Assembly: GCA_016281255.1 (NCBI GenBank)
Contig: JAEEIG010000170.1
Coordinates: 1-53,950, forward strand
DNA length: 53,950 nt
DNA from: Bacteroidales bacterium
Lineage (GTDB): Bacteria; Bacteroidota; Bacteroidia; Bacteroidales; WCHB1-69
Reading direction: 5' to 3'
Shown piece by piece: positions 31,734-41,500 of this stretch. The notes under the pieces are model-generated. The model searched no databases. It had not been told where the DNA came from and was given only the letters and a program-made list of their open reading frames with translations. Every line of letters begins with the position of its first letter. Positions within the stretch are counted from its first letter, which is position 1. Both the position numbers and the translations under genes were made by a program.

Positions 31734-31741
31734 CAAAAATA
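31734..31741 (-). promoter_or_regulatory. -7 box (TATTTTTG) of the giant cargo gene
   Basis: TAnnTTTG match about 70 bp upstream of the ATG and about 30 bp from the IS left end. Confidence 0.55.
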
Positions 31742-31772
31742 CATTATTTTTCGAGAATTATGAATTTTGAAT

Positions 31773-32351
31773 CACTACTGTCCCGTTAAAGTGGACTAAT
31801 CGTTATTTGAAATCGCTGAAATAAAGTCTTTTACGAGTGGTTTTAAGAGCGCGACGATTTGAATTTGTAATTTTGCAGTCAAACAGATTGACTGCAAAAT
31901 GAATAAAGACAAATATGTATTCGCCCAATTGATAGAGTTTCTGAACAATGACAAGTTCCGTCGCCTTGTTGACAAGTATGATGGGAACCGTTATGTCAAG
32001 CATCTCACCTGCTGGAACCAGCTTCTTGCACTGATGTTCGGGCAACTCAGCAACCAGACTTGATAGTGGCCTTCGAAGCCCATCAGTCAAAGTGTTTCCA
32101 CCTCGGTTTAGGTAGTTAGTGCAGCCATCACTGCCTACTGCCTCGTGGCGATTGTACAGCATGATATGCAGTTGAAGCGCTCGACCTATGAAGTCTTGCA
32201 AATCCTCAGCATATCACTCACGGACAAGACACCGCTTAGAGAACTGTTCGATAAGACTTATTCCAATGATGTCAAAGAGCAATTAGATCCCCTTATTCCG
32301 GGGTTGTTTGATTAATAATTAACTCGTCCCGATTTTAACGGGACACTAATG
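31773..32351 (+). mobile_element. Internally deleted IS4-family element (DUF4372-type transposase remnant), 579 bp, with intact terminal inverted repeats
   Basis: TIRs CACTACTGTCCCGTTAAA (31773-31790) and TTTAACGGGACACTAATG (32334-32351), 16 of 18 complementary. From 31899: MNKDKYVFAQLIEFL..KHLTCWNQLLALMFGQLSN, then a frameshift, then a junction near 32115 to the C-terminus AITAYCLVAIVQHDMQLKRSTYEVLQILSISLTDKT..GLFD* (32315). The DDE core is missing. Confidence 0.9.
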
Positions 32352-32723
32352 ATGTACACACAATCATAAAACTTAATAAAACCTTTTTCGTCATAAATAT
32401 TTTTTTTTGTTAGGCAAATATAATCACGAAAACACTTATCTTTCACAAAAAAAACGCGATTTCGTCCCTTGGGACGTAATTGTGACAAAAAAACAATTAT
32501 TAAATAATGAGAATATAGGAAATATTTGATTGTCAATCCCTTATTCACTTTGAGCTCTTGTTTATATATTCGTTTTTGAATCTATATTTATTACACTATT
32601 TTTCAAAAATCATACAATAACAGCATCGAAAAGAGGCAGTATACACTCCAAAATGACAATATAACTTTCCTTGTTTTGCAAATTTTAGTAATTTTGCCGC
32701 AGAACGGTAAAAATCAATAAACT

Positions 32724-33806
32724 ATGCAATCTTTCAAAAAAACAATTCCCTTGATCACAGGACAGGTAGTGTTCTTTGCGCTCTTCTTTTGGTATTTTCT
32801 TCAGTATAATTTTTTACGTCCATATACAGGTACTTGGGTGGAATGCCTCATAGCCTCAATATTGATAGTGATAATGACCACCAATTTTTGGATTGTATAT
32901 CCCTACATCATTAAGAAGCACACTTACTTCGTTTATTTGTTCGTTTCGCTTTTTGAATCCTTAGTCATCAACGTCATAGAGTATTTGGTAACATATCAAT
33001 CTTCCTTGGCAATTTATGGAGATATTATCCAGCAGGTGGAACATTCAACGATGTTCTTGTTGCCTATGTATTTCAACACCTTTTTGCGAGATTTTGCACT
33101 TTTGGTTTTTGTAGGATTGGTCGCTGACAACATACAACTCTCTGAGAGACAAATCGAAAATGACCAAGAACTGCTTCGTTCTAAAAACCAACTCATGGTC
33201 AGGGATGAAGGGAAGACATGCGTGATTGACATGGCCCCCATATATCTATGCCGTCAGGAAAAAAACTATGCAATACTCTATTCTATTAACGGTCGGAGAT
33301 ATAAAAAAAGAATTTCGCTTAAAAATTTGGAGGATTTATTGAAAGCTCAACAGTTCATCAGAATATCCAAAAGCGATATCATACGTCTTTCATCCATCAA
33401 AAAATGCGAAAACAATTTGCTGATACTCAAAGACACGGTGGTTACCAACACAAAAGCTATTGCTATCAGCAAGTCATTCGTGGAAAATGTTGTTCCTACC
33501 ATTCTGCAATTCCTTCAAAACGAGTTAGAATCGGAGCCAGTTCGGGATAGTCCATTGGAGGAAGAACAGCAGCAGGCAGCCGTTGCCGAACCAGATAGCC
33601 CAATGCTTAATCCAAAGGCCACAAAAATCAAAAGGTACGTTTCGTCCCACCGAGACTGCAAACTGGATGATATCGTTTCTGCTACCAAAATCCCGAAAAG
33701 CACTGTAACCCGCTACCTGAAGGAGCTACAGCAGGACGGCCTCATCGAGTACGTCGGCAGCAAGAAGACAGGCGGCTACAGGGCGGTAGAGAAAAGGGAA
33801 ATGTAA
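32724..33806 (+). CDS. Membrane-anchored LytTR DNA-binding protein with C-terminal winged HTH
   Basis: About four N-terminal TM helices; LytTR motifs EKNYAILY, RISLKNLEDLL, FIRISKSDII; C-terminal IPKSTVTRYLKELQQDGLIEYVGSKKTGGY. -7 box TAATTTTG at 32689-32696. Confidence 0.85.
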   Translation: MQSFKKTIPLITGQVVFFALFFWYFLQYNFLRPYTGTWVECLIASILIVIMTTNFWIVYPYIIKKHTYFVYLFVSLFESLVINVIEYLVTYQSSLAIYGDIIQQVEHSTMFLLPMYFNTFLRDFALLVFVGLVADNIQLSERQIENDQELLRSKNQLMVRDEGKTCVIDMAPIYLCRQEKNYAILYSINGRRYKKRISLKNLEDLLKAQQFIRISKSDIIRLSSIKKCENNLLILKDTVVTNTKAIAISKSFVENVVPTILQFLQNELESEPVRDSPLEEEQQQAAVAEPDSPMLNPKATKIKRYVSSHRDCKLDDIVSATKIPKSTVTRYLKELQQDGLIEYVGSKKTGGYRAVEKREM

Positions 33807-33808
33807 CC

Positions 33809-36301
33809 TCACGCATCAACATTCACCACGCAGCGGACTTGCTTGAACTGCGGGTTCTGCTTGAACTGGCGCAACACCTCACGAAGCTGCTGTTTCTTGG
33901 TGGCCAGCGTGTTGTCACGGGACATCTTGATCCAGAAATCCTGCAAGAAGTAGTTCTGGATGCGGGAGACCAACGGGGCGGCAGGCCCCATGACATTGCC
34001 GGCGAACACTTCGCGCAACATGCCCTGCAGCTGCTGGGCAGCCGCCATAACGGTCTGCTCCTCAGTGTGTTTCAACGTGATTTTCACCATGCGGGTGATG
34101 GGCGGCAAACGGAACTGCTGGCGTTCGGCAATCTGACTGGTGTACATCGCCATAAAGTCGTTGGACTCCACATAGCGCAACGCCGGATGGTGCGGCTGGA
34201 AGGTCTGGATGACCACCTTTCCCGGCACCTCCTTGCGCCCCGCGCGACCACTCACCTGCGACAACAGCTGGAACGCCCGCTCGAAAGCCCGGAAGTCGGG
34301 GAAGGAGATCAGCGCGTCGGCATTGAGGATGCCGACCACACTCACGCGGTCGAAATCCAACCCCTTGGTCACCATCTGCGTACCGACCAAAATATCCGTT
34401 TTGTGTTGCTCGAAATCGGTGATAATCTGCTGGTAGGCGTTCTTCGAGCGCGTGGTGTCCGTGTCCATGCGGGCAATGCGGGCCTCAGGGAATATCGCAG
34501 CCAATGTGTCTTCAACCTGTTCTGTACCAAACCCTTTCATCTCAATATCCGTACTGTGGCATGTGGGGCACTCGTGCGGCACCTCAATGGCATAACCACA
34601 ATAGTGGCACTTCAGCAGGTTGGTCTTCTTATGGTAGGTCAGCGTCACGTCGCAATACTGGCACTTGGGCATCGACTCGCAGGTGTGGCAGATCATGCGC
34701 ACCGCGTATCCGCGCCTGTTCTGGAAGAGGATAATCTGCTCCTGGCGTTCCAACGCCTGCGCCATCTGCTCAATCAGGAAGTGGGAGAACAGCCCCTGCA
34801 CCTCATGGCGCTTGGTGGCCAAACTCATGTTAACGGTGTAGATATCAGGAAGATGACTGTCGGCATAGCGCTGCATCAGCTCCACCAAACCGAACTTGCG
34901 GAGCTGTACGTTGTAATAGCTCTCCAACGACGGGGTGGCCGTACCCAAAAGCGTTTTCGCCCCATGAATCTGCGCCAACATCACGGCGGCATCGCGGGCG
35001 TGGTAACGAGGAGCGGGATCCATCTGCTTGTAAGATCCGTCATGTTCCTCGTCCACGATCACCAGTCCCAACTCTTTGTAAGGCAGCAACAAAGCCGACC
35101 TTGCTCCGAGAATCAACTGGTATTTGGAGGTGTCGTCCTGCTCGCCGCCGCTCAGCACGCGGTTCCAGATTTCCACCCGTTCGTATTCGTTGAAGCGGGA
35201 GTGATACACCCCTACCCTATCCCCGAAATATTTCCGCAACCGATTGACTATCTGAGAAGTGAGCGCGATTTCGGGCAACAAGTACAACACCTGTCTCCCC
35301 TGTTTCAGCACCTCGTCAATCAGCTTGATATAGATTTCCGTCTTGCCGCTGCCGGTAACGCCATGCAGCAACGTAACGGGATAATGTTCGAAACTCTGCT
35401 TGATTTGCCGGAAGGCAGTCTCTTGCGGAGCCGAAAGCGCCACTTCCGCCGTCTGGTCCGTGGCAAATTCGGCCAATCGGGAAATCACCCGTTCTTCCGA
35501 CTGCAAAACACCCTTTTTGAGCAACGTCTGCAGACTGCTCTGGCTGGCATGCTCCCCTTTCAACAGTTCCGCTTTGGGGACAGCGGCATCGAAATGGTAG
35601 CGGTTGTTTTGGCGGGTCTGCATCATAAAGCCCAGCAGTGTGTCGGCCTGCGAGGAGGTTTGGGGCTTCGCATTGAGCCGGTCGAGCAGCGCCATGAACT
35701 CGGCTTCCTGATCATAGGGCGGTGCCAACTTTACAACCGTCTCCTTCTTGGGTTTATAAGGATTCCGAATCTCCTCATCGGTGATAATCGCCCGTTTGTC
35801 CACCAGCGACTTGATGATGGGCATCACCTTGGCCACCTGCAGGTTCTTCGCGACATCGGCCACGGTCATGGTCTCGCGATGGATCAGCAACTCCACAACG
35901 TTGAGTTCGTAGGGAGTGAGCACGGAGACGTCGCCGTCGAATTCGGGATGGATTTTGACCTTGGTTTCGCTGGCGAGCCGCAAGGCGGAGGGCAGCGCGG
36001 CGGCCATCACCTCGCCTATGGTACACATGTAGTAGTCGGCAATCCACTGCCAGAGGCGGTATTGTGCCTCGGAGACCACGGGGCGGTCGTCGATGACATC
36101 CAGCACATACTTGACGGTGAACTGTTTGGGCGCGTTTTCATGCACTTTCTCCACAATGGCAGCATAAAGCTTGTTGTTGCCGAAGGGGACGATGACTCTC
36201 ATGCCAAATGCCAATTTGCCATTCAGCACCTGCGGCACGCGGTAGGTGAAACGCGCCTCGATGGGCAACGGCAAAATCACATCCACAAAGAAAGTCTGCA
36301 T
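33809..36301 (-). CDS. priA: Primosomal protein N' (replication restart helicase)
   Basis: LLHGVTGSGKTEIY, LPEIALT, VDEEHD.SYKQ, QNRRGY, four CxxC pairs, GTQMVTKGLDF, QVSGRAGR. Confidence 0.97.
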   Translation of the reverse strand: MQTFFVDVILPLPIEARFTYRVPQVLNGKLAFGMRVIVPFGNNKLYAAIVEKVHENAPKQFTVKYVLDVIDDRPVVSEAQYRLWQWIADYYMCTIGEVMAAALPSALRLASETKVKIHPEFDGDVSVLTPYELNVVELLIHRETMTVADVAKNLQVAKVMPIIKSLVDKRAIITDEEIRNPYKPKKETVVKLAPPYDQEAEFMALLDRLNAKPQTSSQADTLLGFMMQTRQNNRYHFDAAVPKAELLKGEHASQSSLQTLLKKGVLQSEERVISRLAEFATDQTAEVALSAPQETAFRQIKQSFEHYPVTLLHGVTGSGKTEIYIKLIDEVLKQGRQVLYLLPEIALTSQIVNRLRKYFGDRVGVYHSRFNEYERVEIWNRVLSGGEQDDTSKYQLILGARSALLLPYKELGLVIVDEEHDGSYKQMDPAPRYHARDAAVMLAQIHGAKTLLGTATPSLESYYNVQLRKFGLVELMQRYADSHLPDIYTVNMSLATKRHEVQGLFSHFLIEQMAQALERQEQIILFQNRRGYAVRMICHTCESMPKCQYCDVTLTYHKKTNLLKCHYCGYAIEVPHECPTCHSTDIEMKGFGTEQVEDTLAAIFPEARIARMDTDTTRSKNAYQQIITDFEQHKTDILVGTQMVTKGLDFDRVSVVGILNADALISFPDFRAFERAFQLLSQVSGRAGRKEVPGKVVIQTFQPHHPALRYVESNDFMAMYTSQIAERQQFRLPPITRMVKITLKHTEEQTVMAAAQQLQGMLREVFAGNVMGPAAPLVSRIQNYFLQDFWIKMSRDNTLATKKQQLREVLRQFKQNPQFKQVRCVVNVDA

Positions 36302-36309
36302 GGGAGCGG

Positions 36310-37422
36310 TTAATATTGGCTTGGGACTATCTCATTGTCTTTTACTTCCAGGAACTGCACATTCACATTCTCGAAGCCGCCGTCAGGGGATTTGTCGAAG
36401 GAGAGCGGACAGGCAATCGCCTCGGTCTTCACGAGATCGATATCCTTGCCATGGCGCAGGAATTCCACGAAAAAGCGGGTGATGTCGTACCCCTGGAATG
36501 CGAAATTCTTCAACGAGGGGGGAGTTCCGAAGCGTTGGATATAGTCATAGACGAACGTTTTGACCTTTTCGCCTTCGAAATCAATGTAATAATCCGAGAA
36601 AAAGTGCAGATTAAGCTTCGAATAGTACTCTATATCGTAGGTTTTGGACTCCAGCCAAGTTTCGGGCACCACGAAGGTGAGGTTATCCGTCTTATCGCTC
36701 ATCACCAACGTCCTGGAAATAATCAGGTTTTGGGCGGGATTGTCGTAAAAGGTGACCACAAACCGAGGCTTCGTCTTCTGAAGGCGGTCCACCACCGTGG
36801 AGGCGTTGGGCGTGATCATGTAGGGGATGCTGTTCTTGCGGAAATAGGCGCAGTAGGCGTTCATCTCCTTGTCAGAGAGGGTGGAATCACCGTAGATGAT
36901 GATCGGGAAGGCATTGGTTTGTTGCGCCAGAAAAGCAAGCATGGCAGGACGCGCCTCCAACGAAGGGATCAGTTTGTACACATACTCGTTCGACTCTATG
37001 AAATCCCGGCGGCGGCTAAAAGGATTCACTATCGGGATCCCATACTGTTTGGCATATTGCGCCGCAATGGCGAACAATTTGCCGAAAAAGGGGCCGACAA
37101 TAAGGTCAACCTCCCCCATCAACCCCTGATCCTCCATCAAACGGCGCAATTTGGATTCGTCATTCGTGATATCGCGCACAATGACATTCAGCGGGACACC
37201 CTGGGCGTCATATTCGTCCAATGCCATCTGCGCCCCGTTCCAAAAGCCCATCAGCTGATAGGAGCGAACCGCTTCCACATCCTCGCACTCTTTAATGTTC
37301 GGTGTCTCATAACTCCCTGATTCAAAAGGAATCAAGTACAAAATGGTAAACGACTCCACCTCAGCAAACGCGGAGGAGAGCCCCATCATAACAACCATTG
37401 CGACAAATAACAATTTCTTCAT
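36310..37422 (-). CDS. Type 1 periplasmic-binding-fold protein (LppC/LpoA-like or ABC substrate-binding), exported
   Basis: Signal peptide; FWNGAQMALD, VDLIVGPFF, IPIVNPFS, FAFQGYDI. Confidence 0.75.
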   Translation of the reverse strand: MKKLLFVAMVVMMGLSSAFAEVESFTILYLIPFESGSYETPNIKECEDVEAVRSYQLMGFWNGAQMALDEYDAQGVPLNVIVRDITNDESKLRRLMEDQGLMGEVDLIVGPFFGKLFAIAAQYAKQYGIPIVNPFSRRRDFIESNEYVYKLIPSLEARPAMLAFLAQQTNAFPIIIYGDSTLSDKEMNAYCAYFRKNSIPYMITPNASTVVDRLQKTKPRFVVTFYDNPAQNLIISRTLVMSDKTDNLTFVVPETWLESKTYDIEYYSKLNLHFFSDYYIDFEGEKVKTFVYDYIQRFGTPPSLKNFAFQGYDITRFFVEFLRHGKDIDLVKTEAIACPLSFDKSPDGGFENVNVQFLEVKDNEIVPSQY

Positions 37423-37474
37423 CGTTTTATCTTATTTTATTAGAGATGGCTAACACCAATCCCTCAAAGTGGCA

Positions 37475-37506
37475 CATCATCGCATCATCCCATCATCCCA
37501 TCATCG
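37475..37506. repeat. 8-bp tandem repeat x4 (CATCATCS) abutting the phosphorylase stop codon
   Basis: catcatcg catcatcc catcatcc catcatcg, then TCA (stop codon on -). Confidence 0.8.
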
Positions 37507-38373
37507 TCATATCCGTTCCAGCACCGTATGGCACAACTGCTCCATACGGTCGTGGTAATCATCGCAAAACTCGCCTGTCACGCGGTTGGCGATAATCAGG
37601 CAGACGGTCAGCGGATGGTGTCCCAGCAGGGCGCCCAGACCATAGACAGCCGAGCATTCCATCTCCATATTGGTAACAAAGTTCCCCTGATACTCGAAAG
37701 TTTGAATACGGCTATTGAGTCCTGGATATTTCAGTTTGGCACGCACTTTTCGTCCTTGCGGTCCGAAAAAGCCGGGCGCACTGATGGTGATCCCCCGCGT
37801 CATGTCGTGGGCGATGCGTTCCATCAGAAGCGGCGAGCACGGGGTGCAATAGGGGTACGGCAGCGCATTGTCCCAGCCCGTATGGCGGACAAAGGCCTCC
37901 ACCAAGTCTTCCCGGACCAGGTCGCAGGTGTCGTAGTAGCGCAACATGCCGTCAATGCCGAGCCCGAAAGCCGACGCGAGAAAGGTACCGCACTCGATAT
38001 CGGGGTTGAGGGCGCCGGAAGTGCCAATGCGCACGAGATTGAGGGAACGGTGGTTCTCCTTGACGACTCGCGTTGTCAAATCGACGTTGAGCAATGCGTC
38101 CAGTTCGGTAAGCACAATATCGACATTGTCGGTTCCCATTCCCGTGGAAATCACGGAGATACGTTTTCCGTTAATAGTTCCGGTATGGGTAATCATCTCG
38201 CGGTTCTGTTTTCGCACCTCCACCGTGTCCAACATGGCGGAAATCACCGGCACACGACCGGGATCGCCCACCAGGATGACGTTGTCGGCCAGTTCCTCCG
38301 GATGCAGATTGAGGTGATAGACGGCACCGTCGGAACGAAGGGGCAGTTCGGATGCGGGTATCTGTTTGTACAT
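37507..38373 (-). CDS. Nucleoside (uridine-type) phosphorylase
   Basis: ILVGDPGRV, NREM.THTG, STGMG, RIGTSG, GFFGPQGR, NMEME. Start set at the ATG below the -7 box at 38398-38405. Confidence 0.9.
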   Translation of the reverse strand: MYKQIPASELPLRSDGAVYHLNLHPEELADNVILVGDPGRVPVISAMLDTVEVRKQNREMITHTGTINGKRISVISTGMGTDNVDIVLTELDALLNVDLTTRVVKENHRSLNLVRIGTSGALNPDIECGTFLASAFGLGIDGMLRYYDTCDLVREDLVEAFVRHTGWDNALPYPYCTPCSPLLMERIAHDMTRGITISAPGFFGPQGRKVRAKLKYPGLNSRIQTFEYQGNFVTNMEMECSAVYGLGALLGHHPLTVCLIIANRVTGEFCDDYHDRMEQLCHTVLERI

Positions 38374-38529
38374 ATTGTTCGGATTTTTATGAAAAGGCAA
38401 AAATACAAAATAATTGAAAATGGATCATGGCTGAATCATTATTATTTCACCATGGCTTTTTTTAATAAAAAATATTATTTTTGTAGCTTGATTTTTTCAA
38501 CGGATTTATTCACGAAAAGCATAGGTACT

Positions 38530-41500
38530 ATGAGAAAACATTTGACAATCATCACACTGATATTATGGGCATTCTGCGGATTCGCGCAGAATTTCTCCCC
38601 GCTTTCCGAATCTTTCGAGGGGATTTTCCCACCTCAGGGGTGGACCAACCTGCATGTTTCAGGCACTCCGCAGTGGTCCCAAACCAACACCTTGGAGTAC
38701 TGTGCCGGCGCCCAGGAGGGGGCGAATTACGTCATGGTGGGCTTCGGCCAGAACGACAACTACCTGATCACGCCGAAGTTATACCCGCAGATCGGCGACT
38801 CCATCGTCTTTTACATGGGCATCGAAAGTCCCAACTACAACATCGACAACTTCACCACTGTGGAGGTTTCCACCACAGGCACCGCGCCGGCGGACTTCAC
38901 CACCGTCAGGAATCTCACGGTCGCGGATTTCACCATGGGGGACAACTGGTACCGTTTTGCCGTGAATCTTGGCGGCTACGCGGGTCAAGGCATCTACGTG
39001 GCCTTCCACAACAAAGTCACGGCCTCGGGGATGCTCGCCGGCGGCAACGTCTATCTCGACAATGTGAGCGGGCCTGACATGGCGGTGGCGGGCTGCACGA
39101 CGCCGTTGAATTTAGCGGCCACGAACATCAGCACCTCATCGGCCGATTTGACCTGGCAATCGGACGCCAACGAATACATCGTCTATATCCGCGCATTCGG
39201 GGAGACGGAATACAGCGAGCAGACCAACGCCACGCTGAACCCCTACGACAGCACATTCCAAGTCAACGGGCTGGTTCCCGGCACCACCTACCAGTGGTAT
39301 GTCGCAGCCATCTGCAACGACACGTTCAACAGTCCGGTGGCCGCCTTCACCACCTCGTGCGTGCCCTACGAAGCCGACATTCTCCCCTACTCCACCACCT
39401 TCGCCGAGTGCACGTCGTTCGGCGATTTGCCGAACTGCTGGATCCGCGTAGAGGGCAGCGAATTCAACAACTCCGGGATCTACTTCCCCGGGGCCCACTC
39501 CAACTCGTTCTACGGTTACGACTGGTACACTGGCGACACCATCCTCCGGTTCACCCCCGAGGACTCCATACGTCACTGGGTGGCCATGCCGGCGGTGAAC
39601 ACCGACATCCACCTGCTGCGGGTGCGGTTCCTAGCGACGCCTTACGAGAACATCGCCTCTTACGGCCGAATGGAAATCGGGCTGCTCCCGGACATCAACG
39701 ACACCGCGAACTTCGAGATTGTGAGCACGATAGAGGCGGTCAACCTGCCGTCAACAGACTACGTCCAATACACTGTGCCCTTCCTCAACACCACCCTTTC
39801 GGGCAACAACCGGCTGGTCTGTTTCCGCTGCATCGGGCAATCCGGCAGCGTTTGGTACCTGGACAATGTCACTTTGGAATACATCCCCCTTTGCGAGGAG
39901 CCGTATGATTTACAAGCCTACAGTACTTCCGCCACCACCGCGGACCTCTCCTGGGTTCCCGGCGACAGCACGCAAGTCCACTTCACCATCCACTACAAAC
40001 CGCAAAACACTCCCGTTTGGATGACCGAGACCGTCACCATCACCGACTCCGCCCACCACCAGCTGACCGATCTGCAACACAGCACCCTTTACGAAGCCTA
40101 CGTGACGGCGCCGTGCGCCCCCGACCAGCAGAGCAATCTCGTGACCTTCACCACCGACTGCATGCCCTTCGAGGCCGACAGCCTGCCTTACTATATGGAT
40201 TTCGAAAACGTGGCCGAATATGAGCTGCCCCTTTGCTGGACACGGCTGGCGGGACACACGGAATACAGCCACAGCTATCCTTGCGCCATCGAAGGATCGT
40301 CGGCGCATGAAGGCGGCATTTGCATCCGCTTCAGCGGGAACCAGTCCGACCCCAACTTGCTGGCCTTACCCGCGATGGAGGAGAACATCCAGCAACTCCG
40401 AATCCGGTTCTGGATGAAGCCCGGCGGCAACATGACCCCCTACGGCAGTATGGAGATCGGGGTGATGCCGGATCTCAACGACACCTCCGCTTTCGAGGCC
40501 GTGAGCATCATAACCGCCTCTCAGTTAAGCAATAGCGACTATCAACTTTACAAAGTGTCCTTCCAGAACACCACACTCCCCGGCAGTGGCAACCATATCG
40601 TGTTCCGTTATGCCAACCCGATGAACACCGCCTCGGGGTACGCTTGGTATATCGACGACGTGACGGTGGAGTACATCCCCGACTGTTACGAACCTGAGGG
40701 GCTGGCCATCACGGGGGTGACGGCGACCACCGCCACGCTCACATGGAGTTCGGAGGACAACGTACCGGTAGCCAGCACTGTCCATTACGCCGTTGCAGGC
40801 GACACCGCGTGGGTTCACCAAGCCGTCCCCGCCACCGCCAACTTCAGCGCGGCACTCGCCGGTCTGACCCCAAACACGACCTACACGGCCTACGTCACCG
40901 CCGATTGCGCCGCCGACATGCCCTCTCTGCCGGTCACCTTCACCACCGAATGTGCCGGTATCACCATGTCATCCATCCCGACGACCTGGGATTTCGAGAA
41001 TGAAAATCCCTCCGGCACCCTCTCGCACCCGCTGCCCGCCTGCTGGAAACGATTCGCCACCACCAGCGCCGAGGCTCCCTACGTGTACTCCAACGCCCTG
41101 TATGCCCACCAAGGGGTCAAAATGCTGAACTTCAACAGCACAGAGGGTTACGCCATTCTTCCTCCGCTGGACGACAGTGTGCCCGTCAACGCTTTGCAGC
41201 TCTCCTTCTTTGCCCGCAGCAGCACCGACGAAAACGGCACCCCATTCACCTCCCAGTTCCAGGCGGGTGTGATGACCGACCCCTATGACACCGCCACATT
41301 CACAAACGTACAGTCGTTTTCGGTGACCGGCGGGACCTACTTCCCGGTGGAGATTTCCTTCGCCGGCTATGCGGGACAAGGCCGTTATCTGGCTCTCCGT
41401 CAACTGGACAACGGAAACGTGAACGGCTATGGCTTCATCGACCAAGTGACCTTGGAATACATCTCCGATTGCGAGCGCCCGTATGATTTGTATGCGGACG

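Noticed and set aside
31803-32201. 132-aa minus-strand ORF
   Set aside because: Antisense reading of the IS4 transposase remnant.
33839-36313. Long antisense ORFs (824 aa opposite priA; also opposite recQ, tnaA, gldK and ffh)
   Set aside because: Shadow ORFs caused by GC-rich third-position bias of well-supported genes on the other strand; no recognisable motifs.
37528-38529. N-terminal extension making the cargo ORF 2007 aa
   Set aside because: Antisense to the phosphorylase gene; the signal peptide and -7 box place the start at 38530.
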